Source of the DNA: Desulfosarcina sp. BuS5
Lineage (GTDB): Bacteria > Desulfobacterota > Desulfobacteria > Desulfobacterales > BuS5
Direction of reading: 5' to 3'
DNA length: 32,000 nt
Assembly: GCF_028752835.1 (NCBI RefSeq)
Contig: NZ_CP087952.1
Location: 445,041-477,040, forward strand
The position numbers were made by a program, and so were the translations under genes. Shown here in pieces: positions 1-10,600 of the stretch; position 1 is the stretch's first letter; each line of letters starts with the position of its first letter. The notes beneath the pieces were generated by a model. The model had not been told where the DNA came from. It worked only from the letters and a program-made list of their open reading frames with translations, and did no database searches.

Positions 1-570
1 ATTTTACTTACATCACACGTAGGCAACTGGCAGATAGCTCTGACTGCATTAAACAAAATCGGGAAAAAAGTATATCTCCTTATGCGCAGGGAGGATAACC
101 CGGCTGTTATTGAAACGCTTCAGGTGGGAATAGAAAAGGGAGCGATAGAGATAATATCGCCTGATCAATATATGGGAGGTGTTATCGAAATAATGAATGC
201 CTTGAAAAATGGACATATTGTTTCGATCATGGGCGACAGGAGTTACGGCGTAAACACATTGGATATTCCATTTCTCGGAGAAACAGCATTCTTTCCATAC
301 AGCGCTTTCAGCATGGCTGCGGCACAGGGATGCCCGATAGTTGTTTTATTCGCAGCTAAAGTCGACTATACGAGCTATTTAGTGGATGTTAGCAATATAT
401 TACGCCCTGAATATAAGGGCAGAAGAAACAAAAAAGAACAATTAAGATACTGGGTAATGAGTTTTGCAGAACTTATTGAAGCATTTGTATCAAAACATCC
501 TTACCAATGTTTTTTATTTCATGATGTTTGGAAAAAGGAGATAGTTGATGGGAGAGCAGCAGGGCAATAG
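1..570 (+). CDS. LPLAT/HtrB-like lysophospholipid (lipid A type) acyltransferase, 5' end outside window
   Basis: The frame is open from base 1 through the listed ATG at 82; upstream translation ILLTSHVGNWQIALTALNKIGKKVYLLMRRED contains the H-x-GNW-type motif of the LPLAT family. Stop at 568-570. Confidence 0.8.
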   Translation: MLLTSHVGNWQIALTALNKIGKKVYLLMRREDNPAVIETLQVGIEKGAIEIISPDQYMGGVIEIMNALKNGHIVSIMGDRSYGVNTLDIPFLGETAFFPYSAFSMAAAQGCPIVVLFAAKVDYTSYLVDVSNILRPEYKGRRNKKEQLRYWVMSFAELIEAFVSKHPYQCFLFHDVWKKEIVDGRAAGQ

Positions 571-829
571 TTTGCCGGAGATTCGTGAAGAGTTAAAAAA
601 ACTTCTTGTGGAAAACCTGGCGCTTGATGATATTAACCCGGAAGAAATAAAAGACGATGAAATTCTTTTTGGTGACGGGCTTGGTCTTGATTCCCTGGAC
701 GCAGTGGAAATAGTGGTAATTCTCCAGAGGAACTTCGGCCTTGAAATACAGGATATGGAGCAGGGTCAAAAAATATTTTATTCAATCGAGACCCTTGCAA
801 ATTATGTTTATGAAAACATTAACCAATGA
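548..829 (+). CDS. Acyl carrier protein (ACP1)
   Basis: Phosphopantetheine site GLGLDSLDAVEIVVILQ; small acidic protein. Overlaps the preceding CDS and is ATGA-coupled to the next one. The ORF track starts at TTG 545, an adjacent ATG is at 548. Confidence 0.9.
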   Translation: MGEQQGNSLPEIREELKKLLVENLALDDINPEEIKDDEILFGDGLGLDSLDAVEIVVILQRNFGLEIQDMEQGQKIFYSIETLANYVYENINQ

Positions 830-1989
830 AGATTGCAATAACCGGAACCGGTATCATTTCCGCCGCTGGCAGAGGTGTCAAAGAGACACTTGCAACATTC
901 AAATCCGGCATCGGCAATCCCGGCCCGGTCTCCGGCTTTTCGACGGATTTATCGTATCCTGTTTTTGAAGTAAAAAATCTATACATAACGAAGCAACAAG
1001 ATGGTATGCGCACCATCCGGCTTGCCCAGACTGCTGCCGGAGAGGCTGTGGCCGAAGCAGGCCTCTCGGATAAGCTCTCTCCGTACCGTGTGGGGGTTTG
1101 CCTTGGCACCACTGTGGCCGGCCAGTTGAATGATATAGATTTTTATCGTAAATACCGCAGCAGCGGCGCCGGCCCTGCAGAACCGGTGGATCGTTATTTA
1201 AATGGCAACCTTGCCGAAAGTATTGCCTGTACATTACAAGTTGACGGACCTCAAATGACAGTGGTAAATGCATGCTCATCAGGCGCTGATGCAATCGGTG
1301 TTGCTGCTGCCTGGCTGAAAAGCGGGCTTTGTGATATAGCTATTGCAGGAGGCGCGGACGAACTTAACCGGGTTCCGTTTTGCGGCTTTGGTTCGCTTGG
1401 CATTTTGTCCGGTTCGGCATGCAGACCATTTGACAGGGAAAGAAACGGATTAAACCTGGGAGAAGGCGCCGGGATTCTGGTTCTGGAGCCGGAAGCTTCT
1501 GCACGGAACAGAGGCATTGAACCATTATTATTTCTGTCCGGATACGGCTCTGCAGGCGATGCCTACCATCTCACAGCGCCGCATCCTGAAGGCGCAGGAC
1601 TGGAATCTGCAATTAAAGCCGCGCTGGATGAGGCCAGTATAAGCCCGGATGATATATCCTTTGTCAATGCACACGGCACAGGCACAAGAGAAAACGACAA
1701 GGTTGAAGGCGCAATGCTGTTAAAAATGTTCGGGTCTGAAATTAAATTTTATTCCACCAAAGGTTTTACCGGGCATACTCTTGGAGCAGCCGGAGGTCTT
1801 GAAGCCGCATTTACCGCAATAGGCCTGAAAGAGGGCTGGATTCCGGCCGGCCCGGGTTTCAAATCTGTTGATGATCAAATATCCATCAGCCCGGTCACAA
1901 AGATTACTCCCGTAAAGGGTACTTTTGCGCTTTCTACATCACTGGCCTTCGGAGGCGCCAATACTGCGCTGATTATCAGCCTGGAATAA
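826..1989 (+). CDS. Beta-ketoacyl-ACP synthase, FabF-like (KS1)
   Basis: Catalytic triad visible: VVNACSSGADAIG (Cys), FVNAHGTGTREND (His), KGFTGHTLGAAG (Lys/His). Confidence 0.92.
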   Translation: MKIAITGTGIISAAGRGVKETLATFKSGIGNPGPVSGFSTDLSYPVFEVKNLYITKQQDGMRTIRLAQTAAGEAVAEAGLSDKLSPYRVGVCLGTTVAGQLNDIDFYRKYRSSGAGPAEPVDRYLNGNLAESIACTLQVDGPQMTVVNACSSGADAIGVAAAWLKSGLCDIAIAGGADELNRVPFCGFGSLGILSGSACRPFDRERNGLNLGEGAGILVLEPEASARNRGIEPLLFLSGYGSAGDAYHLTAPHPEGAGLESAIKAALDEASISPDDISFVNAHGTGTRENDKVEGAMLLKMFGSEIKFYSTKGFTGHTLGAAGGLEAAFTAIGLKEGWIPAGPGFKSVDDQISISPVTKITPVKGTFALSTSLAFGGANTALIISLE

Positions 1990-1992
1990 CGA

Positions 1993-3072
1993 ATGAATAT
2001 TACCGGAATAGGTACGGTTTTTACAAGAGGACGTGGTATCAACAACTTTGAGGCGGCATTGATCGAGGGCTGGGTCCCTCCGCTTCAGCAACCATACTCC
2101 CTGCTTCCTGATAAGTCTTTGCCTGTATACACAGTTAATAAGGAATATCTCGTCGATAAAAAACTGTTAAAAAGAATTCGCAGGGCCGATAAATTCAGCA
2201 AAATGGCGGTTCTTGCGGCCTGTGATGCTGTTATTGACAGCGGCCTTGGCGCCGACAAGATCGAATCTACAGGAATAATTCTTTCAACGGCATTCGGTCC
2301 CCATGCAACAACGTTTCGTTTTCTTAATGATATTATAGATTATGGCGACGGAGGAGTATCCCCGACTCTTTTTTCCAATTCAGTTCATAATGCCGCTGCA
2401 TCCTATATCGCATCAGTCTTGAACATTCACGGGCCTACTTTAACACTGACCCAATTTAAATCCTCCTTTCACCAGGCCCTGATTCTGGCCGGACTCTGGA
2501 TTGAGCAGCAAAGATGTGATAATGTTCTGGTTGGAAGTGTGGACGAATGCAGCGATGTGATGAAATATATATGTGCGGAAAAGCTTGAAATTGCAGGGGA
2601 CGGCAAGATCAGGCCTTTCCGGTTTTCTCCTGTTGCGCCGGCTGTTCCAGGAGAAGGATCCGTTTTTTTCCTTGTCTCTAAACAAGATAGGCCGGGAAAG
2701 TATTGTAAAATTTCATCTGTAACAACGGGAAACAACTTAATTGACGAAAAGAGACCCGATATGTATATTCTTGATGCCGACGGAATGGGAGGCGATGAGA
2801 CTGGATACTTGCAATTTGCCTCATCCGGTGCAATAATTACAGGATATGCACCTGTTTCCGGCAGCATGATGGCAGGCAGCGCTTTTAATTGCGCAGCCGG
2901 CGCTTTGATGCTGAAAAACCGGGTTAAATACAGGTGCCCGGTTCAGGATAATCCCCACTCCGTAAACCTGTGTTTAAAAACCGAACCTGCGGATATTGAT
3001 TATATCAGATGTATAAAAAATAATTGCAGTGGAGAAACTTCCGCTGTCAGCCTGCGGCGGGCCGGAGCTTGA
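1993..3072 (+). CDS. Ketosynthase-like protein without catalytic residues (chain-length-factor-like)
   Basis: Thiolase-fold similarity to KS1, but active-site Cys region reads GPTLTLTQFKSSFHQA (Cys->Lys); the HGTG and GHTLGAAG regions are also altered. Lies 3 bp downstream of KS1. Confidence 0.8.
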   Translation: MNITGIGTVFTRGRGINNFEAALIEGWVPPLQQPYSLLPDKSLPVYTVNKEYLVDKKLLKRIRRADKFSKMAVLAACDAVIDSGLGADKIESTGIILSTAFGPHATTFRFLNDIIDYGDGGVSPTLFSNSVHNAAASYIASVLNIHGPTLTLTQFKSSFHQALILAGLWIEQQRCDNVLVGSVDECSDVMKYICAEKLEIAGDGKIRPFRFSPVAPAVPGEGSVFFLVSKQDRPGKYCKISSVTTGNNLIDEKRPDMYILDADGMGGDETGYLQFASSGAIITGYAPVSGSMMAGSAFNCAAGALMLKNRVKYRCPVQDNPHSVNLCLKTEPADIDYIRCIKNNCSGETSAVSLRRAGA

Positions 3073-3092
3073 GCGAGCCCTTATGGAGGAAA

Positions 3093-3341
3093 ATGAAACA
3101 TATCGAAGAAACCCTTGTCAATGAACTTGCGGTAATTTTATCCAGAGATCCTGCTGCAATATTGCCTGAAACACCCCTGCATGAACTCGGAGTTGATTCC
3201 TTGAGCTTTGTTGAACTTCTTGTTTTTATTGAAAAAACATTTAAGATACAATTAATGGAATCAGGTTTGACCAAAAAAGATTTTCAGACTGTCCGTTCCC
3301 TTTCATTTACCATAAGCAAAATGAGCAACCCGCCCTTATAA
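3093..3341 (+). CDS. Acyl carrier protein (ACP2)
   Basis: MKHIEETLVNELAVIL...LHELGVDSLSFVELLVFIEKTF; GGAGG ribosome-binding-like sequence at 3085-3089 supports ATG 3093 rather than the ORF-track start 3024. Confidence 0.85.
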   Translation: MKHIEETLVNELAVILSRDPAAILPETPLHELGVDSLSFVELLVFIEKTFKIQLMESGLTKKDFQTVRSLSFTISKMSNPPL

Positions 3342-3347
3342 ATTTAT

Positions 3348-4685
3348 ATGCTTCTTTCAGTATTATTAAAAAATATCACAGACAGGCGATATTTGACCGG
3401 TATGGACTGGCTTGTCCATGTGTTTGACTATATGACCAAACAGGCCACCGGCGTTGGAAACATATCACAGCTTGTCTTTGAGCTTGCAGGTGAATTGGAT
3501 GAAAATCAACTTAAAAGCGCACTTAAGAAGTTGATCCAAAAGTATCCACTCCTGTCAGGGCATCCGGCGCGGGCTTTTAACCTTGCCCCATACTGGAAAA
3601 TACCATCAGAAAAAAATACTGTCAGGATACCGTTTAATACTGATCAAATCGGAACAGACGCAAAAAACGGCTGGATAATCCGCTTGCTGGAACGATCTGT
3701 TAATGCCCCATTTAACAGCGAAAAGGAACATCTTGCGTTTAATCTCATAAAAGCGGGAAAAAAAAGTTTTTTAGCTATGACATTCGACCACCGCTTGCTG
3801 GACGGGAGGGGAGCCGAGGCATTTTTAGGTTTGCTGCAGGATGAATGGGACAGCAATTTTGAACTGTCAACGGATGTTTCTGTTACGGAACCTCCTCATC
3901 TTTCCGGGTGGGTTAGAAAATTCAAGGCAGGGCAAAAGGTCAACCGCTTATTATTACGGATAGCTGAAAATGCGCCTCCGCTTGTTTTACCTGTTGGGCC
4001 GCCTTTAAAATATCCTGATTTTAAATTTAAGTTGCTTTTTTTCAGCAAGGACAAGAGCGATAGAATTATTGAAAAATCGAATAATGAGGCCGGATACCTG
4101 ATGCTGATGCCTTTTCTGCTGGCATCCTCTGTTAATGCACTGCATTCTGCTTTTAAAGCAAGGGGAATAGTGGGCAGTGATTATCTTGTGCCGGTCGGAA
4201 TAGATATGCGTTCACCTGAAAAGATTAAAAAACAAGTATTTTTTAACCATGTTTCTTTTTTTATGCTCAAAATTAAGGCGGACAAATCAGATGACCTGAA
4301 TTTTATTTTAAACTCCATCAAGTCTCAGATATATGACCAGGTCCGGAACGGCGTGCTGAACAATTTTATAGAAGCCGGAATGCTTTTACGAATTGCGCCC
4401 CCTGCTCTATTGAGCCGCCTGATACTCCTGCCTTTCAAGGGAGTCATTTCGTCTTTCAGTTTTTCTTATGTTGGAGAATCCGCATTCAAGTCAAATGAAT
4501 TTATGGGCCGGGAGGTATTAAACCTTACCCATATGCCCAGGGTTCCTGTCCCGCCCGGTATTGGAATATTTTTTCAAAAATTTAAAGGAAAACTCAACGC
4601 TGTTTTATCCTATAAGCAGGATCTATTGTCCGATAATGAGGCAAACTTGATTACAGGCGTCTTGAAATCCGTGCTTGGAGCCTAA
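3348..4685 (+). CDS. Condensation/acyltransferase-superfamily-like protein
   Basis: Contains HRLLDG (HxxxDG motif) in 'MTFDHRLLDGRGAEAFLGLL', with an overall layout like stand-alone condensation/CoA-dependent acyltransferases. Sits between ACP2 and the FAD enzyme. The start may be the internal ATG for MDWLVHVF (3402). Confidence 0.6.
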   Translation: MLLSVLLKNITDRRYLTGMDWLVHVFDYMTKQATGVGNISQLVFELAGELDENQLKSALKKLIQKYPLLSGHPARAFNLAPYWKIPSEKNTVRIPFNTDQIGTDAKNGWIIRLLERSVNAPFNSEKEHLAFNLIKAGKKSFLAMTFDHRLLDGRGAEAFLGLLQDEWDSNFELSTDVSVTEPPHLSGWVRKFKAGQKVNRLLLRIAENAPPLVLPVGPPLKYPDFKFKLLFFSKDKSDRIIEKSNNEAGYLMLMPFLLASSVNALHSAFKARGIVGSDYLVPVGIDMRSPEKIKKQVFFNHVSFFMLKIKADKSDDLNFILNSIKSQIYDQVRNGVLNNFIEAGMLLRIAPPALLSRLILLPFKGVISSFSFSYVGESAFKSNEFMGREVLNLTHMPRVPVPPGIGIFFQKFKGKLNAVLSYKQDLLSDNEANLITGVLKSVLGA

Positions 4686-5882
4686 ATGTCCCGCAAACAA
4701 ATAGAATGTGAAGTGCTGGTTGTGGGGGGTGGTGTTGCCGGTTTATGCGCCGCCGTCACCTCTGCCAGGTCAGGCGCTGAAACTATTCTGATTGAAAAAA
4801 ATGATTTCCCGGGCGGCACGGCTGTTACCGGTTTGCATAGTTTTATTTGCGGGCTCTATTTAAACGGCGTAACAATGCCGGGGAAGACCCTGAACAGGGG
4901 TATTGCGCGTGAAATCACGGCGGGATTAAAAAGACTTGCTCCAGGGACAAATATTTATAAAATGGGAAGGGTGTATGTCCTCCCGTTTTCAACAGGAGAT
5001 CTTGTTTCTGTTTTCAGGGCATTGAGTGAAAACACTGACCGCCTGGTCCTTTTGTATAATACCAGGGCTGTTTCCGTGCAATCAGGGCATGACAGAATTG
5101 TTTCCGTAACCGCATGTGATTTAATGGACCAAATTGATATCAAGGCCGGATTTGTCATAGATTGTTCGGGTGATGGTGTAATAATTAAATTAGCAGGCTT
5201 GAAATACAGATCGGCGACGCCGGATAAACGTCAATTGGCAGGATTTACATTTAAGCTCAAGGGCCTTTACCCTCCGGATGATATGGCAAGTATTAAGGTG
5301 CCGTACTATCTGGCCCGGGCGGTAAGAGCACAAAAGATTCCTTTTCACCTGAAGTTTACCACTTTTATTGCAGAGGATGATGGGGATGAAGGTTTTTGCC
5401 GGCTCGCCATTCCTCCCGGTTCAGAAGCGAATAGAGTGTTACAGGCACAAGCGGATGCCCGGCTGGTACATTCTGTTCTTAGAAAAAAGATCCCTGCTTT
5501 TCGGGATTCTTACATCATGGAAAAATCTTCAGCCGTAGTTGACCGGGAGGGGATCCGTTTAAGCGGCGAATATTTATTGACCGGAGAGGATGTGTTAAAG
5601 GGTAAAAAGTTTTCTGACGGCATAGTCAAAAGTTCATGGCCGATAGAGTTTTGGTACCAAAACAGGGGCCCACGCTATCAATATCTGTTACCTGGTGATT
5701 ACTATACAATTCCTTTCGGATGTCTCAAGGATAAAATGATAAAAAATTTTTTATGCGCCGGACGATGTATATCAGTAACCGGTGAAGCATTAGGCTCCAC
5801 CCGGGTTATGGGCACCTGTATGTCGATGGGTGAGCAGGCCGGCCAAGTCGCCGCATCAGGATATAGATTTCCACATAAATAA
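4686..5882 (+). CDS. FAD-dependent oxidoreductase
   Basis: N-terminal dinucleotide-binding motif VLVVGGGVAGLCAAVTSARSGAETILIEK...PGGTAV and C-terminal SMGEQAGQVAASG. Confidence 0.85.
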   Translation: MSRKQIECEVLVVGGGVAGLCAAVTSARSGAETILIEKNDFPGGTAVTGLHSFICGLYLNGVTMPGKTLNRGIAREITAGLKRLAPGTNIYKMGRVYVLPFSTGDLVSVFRALSENTDRLVLLYNTRAVSVQSGHDRIVSVTACDLMDQIDIKAGFVIDCSGDGVIIKLAGLKYRSATPDKRQLAGFTFKLKGLYPPDDMASIKVPYYLARAVRAQKIPFHLKFTTFIAEDDGDEGFCRLAIPPGSEANRVLQAQADARLVHSVLRKKIPAFRDSYIMEKSSAVVDREGIRLSGEYLLTGEDVLKGKKFSDGIVKSSWPIEFWYQNRGPRYQYLLPGDYYTIPFGCLKDKMIKNFLCAGRCISVTGEALGSTRVMGTCMSMGEQAGQVAASGYRFPHK

Positions 5883-6127
5883 TTTCACTGCGTTATCGGT
5901 CGTCGGAGTATTATAATACGCCTTCCTCCCTCTGGCCTTGTGCAATTAATTATCTGAAAATCTATAGAAAAAGTTTATCTCTATTTTATTGATCAAAGCA
6001 TCAAAACCCCTCCAGCTAAACAAGGTCTGTCATCCATTGCGGGAATCGATAAAGGTTGTTTTTCGGGAAATAAAATTTGTTGTACCAATGCGGACTATTT
6101 GCAAAGATTATCTGCGGAGCATAAAAA

Positions 6128-7570
6128 ATGAATATTGTTGAATTAATCAGAAAGGAAACTTCGGCTTTTCAGGATAAAATCGCAGTTATACAGAACGATG
6201 ATAAGCTTTCCTATAAAGAACTGTTGGTTAAGATTAATAAAGCAGCCGACGAGTTAAAAAGAAACGGTCTAGGGCAGGGAGATCGGGTCGGATTATTATG
6301 TGAAGACTCTATAGATTATATCATTACCTGTTTGGCAGTACTCTCCGTTTATGCGGTGATAGTTCCGGTTCCGGATTCTTGTTCACATGCCGAAACGGAT
6401 GAGCTTATTGACCGGATAGACGTAAACTTTTTTATCTTTGACAGATCTGAATATTCTACTGAATCCTATAGTAATGACAGCAAGATTGTTTTTGCCGATA
6501 TTGTTGTGACAAAAGAACTTTGGATTTATAAACGCAGGGCAGACAACAGCTTGCCCGGAGAGTATCACAATCTTAATCCTGCGTTTATAAGATTTACATC
6601 AGGAACTACAGGTGAGAGCAAGGGGGTTCTCCTTTCCCATGAAACCATAGTTCAAAGAACGGATGCTGCTAATAATGCTCTGGATATAACTTCCGATGAT
6701 GTGGTGATCTGGATGCTTTCCATGAGTTTTCATTTTGTGGTCACAATTTTGCTTTTTTTAAGGCAAGGCGCAACCATTATAATCTGTTCAGGCTCGTTTC
6801 CCGATTCACTGCAGCAAGGACTGAAAAACAATAGGGGCACATTTATCTATGCATCACCCTTTCATTACCGAATGATGATAAAATCAGATATGTTCCCGCC
6901 TGCAACATTCAGTTGCTACCGTCTGGCAGTATCAACCGCCACACATTTATCTGTATCCACAGCCGCCGATTTTCACAGGAAATTCGGATTGGAACTCTCC
7001 CAGGCCTACGGTTTGATTGAGGTCGGGCTTCCGTTTATTAATAATTCAAAAAACCCTGCCAAACGTGAATCTGCAGGAAAAATTCTTCCTGATTACAGGG
7101 TCAGAATTGCAAATCCGAATCAAGAGGGAATCGGTGAAATATATATAAAGGGCAAAGGGATGTTTGATGCCTATTTTTCACCATGGAGGAGCAGAAACCA
7201 GGTTGCACCGGACGGATGGTTTGCGACCGGCGACCTTGGCAGACTGGATAATGACGGTTTCCTTTTTATTGCGGGGCGTAAAAAAAACATCATAAATTTT
7301 ACCGGCATGAAGATATTTCCATATGAGGTGGAATATGTAATTAATCAGTACCATGAGGTGCAAGACTCCCTGGTTTACGCCAATCCGCACAATATTTACG
7401 GAGAACTGCCATGTGCCAGGATAGTGCTGAAAAACGGGACAACAGACGATTTTGATTTAAACAAACTCAGAAAATTTTGCTATCAGCGCCTTGCTTCATA
7501 TAAAGTGCCCAAAGAATTTATACTTGTAAAAGAATTAGACAGGACAGCCAGCGGCAAACTCAAACGGTGA
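6128..7570 (+). CDS. AMP-dependent synthetase/ligase (acyl/aryl-CoA or acyl-ACP ligase-like)
   Basis: A3-type motif FIRFTSGTTGESKGVLLSHE; later motifs GLIEVGLP, WFATGDLGRLDNDGFLFIAGRKKN, and C-terminal DRTASGKLKR. Confidence 0.93.
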   Translation: MNIVELIRKETSAFQDKIAVIQNDDKLSYKELLVKINKAADELKRNGLGQGDRVGLLCEDSIDYIITCLAVLSVYAVIVPVPDSCSHAETDELIDRIDVNFFIFDRSEYSTESYSNDSKIVFADIVVTKELWIYKRRADNSLPGEYHNLNPAFIRFTSGTTGESKGVLLSHETIVQRTDAANNALDITSDDVVIWMLSMSFHFVVTILLFLRQGATIIICSGSFPDSLQQGLKNNRGTFIYASPFHYRMMIKSDMFPPATFSCYRLAVSTATHLSVSTAADFHRKFGLELSQAYGLIEVGLPFINNSKNPAKRESAGKILPDYRVRIANPNQEGIGEIYIKGKGMFDAYFSPWRSRNQVAPDGWFATGDLGRLDNDGFLFIAGRKKNIINFTGMKIFPYEVEYVINQYHEVQDSLVYANPHNIYGELPCARIVLKNGTTDDFDLNKLRKFCYQRLASYKVPKEFILVKELDRTASGKLKR

Positions 7571-7689
7571 TGATCTATAAAGGAATGGTGGATTTCTTGC
7601 CGCTTTAAAGATATAAAATTTAATTTATTGATCTACATACAAAATGTATTGGAGTTGCATAAAAAAATGTTTGAAAGGTTTGATTTATA

Positions 7690-10600
7690 ATGGATAATCG
7701 ATTCTTTGAACAACCCATCCTCAACTCCCCATATGAATATCCGGCACTGCACTGGGAGCTTGATAATGAAGGCCAGCCGACACAGCGAATTATTAAAAAC
7801 CGTCGCAGCGCAAAGTTCATCACTCCGATTCCAAAGCCGAAAAAACGCAAAAACAAAGATGCGCCCCAACAACAGGAATTTGTTTTCGACGAGGGCAAGG
7901 GGCTTTCAACTAAAGAGCAACAATACGACCCAACGCCGATCATCAATGCCCTTCGTCGTGATGTGGATAAATGGCGAACTTTAAAGAATCCAAATGACTG
8001 GAAAGTTAGTCCCGAAACGGCCCGCCTGATTCAGCACTGGCGTCACCATAAGTTCAATGATATCCGCCCATTCTTTTGTCAGGTGGAAGCAATCGAGACG
8101 GCCATCTGGCTTACCGAGGTCGCCCCAAAATCCGGTAAAAGCGAAAAAGGCTTTCTTAAACATCTTGTAAACGCAAACAACGACGCAAACCCGGAACTTA
8201 TGCGCCTGGCTCTGAAAATGGCTACAGGCACAGGTAAAACTACCGTTATGGCAATGCTGATTGCCTGGCAGACCATCAATGCCGTGCGTCGCCCCACCAG
8301 TAAAAAATTTACACGAGGTTTCCTGATTGTCACTCCGGGCATAACTATCCGCGATCGGCTTCGCGTACTTTTTCCCAATGATCCGGACAGCTACTATGCA
8401 AGCCGTGAATTGGTGCCAAACGATATGCTTTCTGATCTGAAACGGGCAAAAATTGTAATTACCAATTATCATGCGTTTAAACAGCGTGAACGAATGGAAC
8501 TTTCCAGGGGAGGTCGTTCCCTGCTTCAGGGCCGGGGCGAAGCTTTAAATACATTAGAAACAGAAGGCCAGATGATTCAGCGGGTGATGCCCGACCTCAT
8601 GGGAATAAAAAATATCATGGTGTTCAATGATGAGGGGCACCATTGTTATCGAGAGAAACCAGGCGAAAATGATGTAAGTACTTTGAAAGGTGATGATAAA
8701 AAAGAAGCCCAAAAAAATAATGAAGCCGCACGTCTCTGGATTTCCGGTCTTGAGACTGTTAATCGAAAACTCGGCATTTCGCGTGTTATTGATTTATCGG
8801 CAACACCATTTTTTTTAAGCGGCTCCGGTTATGTCGAAGGCACCCTGTTTCCATGGACCATGAGTGATTTTTCATTGATGGATGCCATTGAATGCGGAAT
8901 CGTCAAACTGCCGAGAGTACCGGTAGCCGACAACATACCCGGAGAAGAGATGCCAAAATTCCGAAATCTCTGGCAGCATATTGGTAAAAAAATGCCAAAA
9001 AAAGGTAGAGACAAGTCAAAAGTTCTTGATCCTCTCAGCCTGCCGGTTGAACTGCAGACCGCGCTGGAAGCCCTTTACGGGCATTACAAAAAAACATATG
9101 ATCTATGGGAAGAAAACGGCATTCATGTGCCGCCCTGCTTTATCATTGTCTGCAACAACACCTCCACATCCAAACTGGTTTATGATTATATTTCCGGTTT
9201 TTACAGGGAGAATGAAGATGGTACAAGTCAGTTAGTAAATGGCCGTTTGGAGCTGTTTAGAAATTTTGATGAACATGGCAATCAGTTGGGGCGTCCAAAC
9301 ACCTTGCTTATTGACAGCCGGCAACTGGAATCCGGCGATGCGCTGGATAAAAATTTTCGGAACATGGCAGCCGACGAAATTGATCGTTTCCGCCGGGAAA
9401 TTATCGAGCGCACCGGTGACCGTTGTCAGGCTGAAAATATTACGGATCATGATCTGCTCAGGGAGGTCATGAACACTGTCGGCAAGCAGGGACGACTGGG
9501 TGAATCGATCCGATGCGTGGTGTCAGTCTCCATGCTCACCGAGGGATGGGATGCCAATACTGTCACCCATATTCTTGGCGTGCGTGCGTTTGGAACACAG
9601 CTTTTGTGTGAACAGGTTATTGGCCGCGCTCTGCGCCGTCAATCTTATGACCTTAACGAAGAAGGTCTCTTCAATGTTGAGTATGCCGATATACTGGGAA
9701 TCCCGTTTGATTTCACAGCCAAACCGGTGATAGCGCCGCCTCAGCCGCCAGGAGAAACCATCCATGTCAAAGCGGTTCGACCTGAACGCGACGCTCTTGA
9801 AATAAAATTTCCCCGTGTCCAGGGTTATCGCGTTGAATTGCCAAAAGAACGTCTGACGGCTGAGTTTAATGAAGACTCTGTTCTGGAGTTGACACCGGGT
9901 ATCGTTGGTCCGTCTATTACCAAAAATCAGGGCATAATCGGTGAGGGTGTGGATCTCAGCCTGAAGCATCTAAAAGACATGCGGCGATTAACCCTGCTGT
10001 TTCACGTTACCAAACGTTTACTATACACAAAATGGCGAGATCCTGACAAAGATCCCGAGCTGCATTTGTTTGGTCAGCTCAAGAGAATCACAAGGCAGTG
10101 GCTTGACAATTGTCTGCTCTGTAAAGGCGGCACGTATCCGGCCCAGTTGATGTACCAGGAACTGGCTGACATGGCCTGTGAACGGATTACTGCCGCCATT
10201 ACCCGTTCCCTGATCGGGGAACGACCTGTCAAAGCAGTGCTTGATCCGTATAATCCCACCGGCTCCACCATGCACGCAAACTTCAATACCTCCAAAAAGA
10301 GCCGCTGGCAAACAGATGCCCGGCGATGTCATATCAACTGGGTGATTATTGACAGCGACTGGGAGGCCGAATTCTGCCGAGTAGCGGAATCTCATCCAAA
10401 AGTAAAGGCATATGTCAAGAACCATAACCTTGGGCTGGAAGTCCCATACCGCTATGGATCTGAAATGCGGACGTACCTGCCTGATTTCATTGTCCTGATT
10501 GATGACGGCCGGGACAAGCCTATGAACCTGATTGTTGAAATCAAGGGATATCGCCGCGAGGATGCCAAAGAAAAAAAATCTACTATGGAGACCTACTGGG

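Noticed and set aside
819-1517. Antisense or out-of-frame ORFs opposite/inside the KS1 gene (819..1112, 899..1294, 1251..1517)
   Set aside because: They lie entirely within a well-supported KS coding region, contain no recognisable motifs and reflect compositional shadow ORFs.
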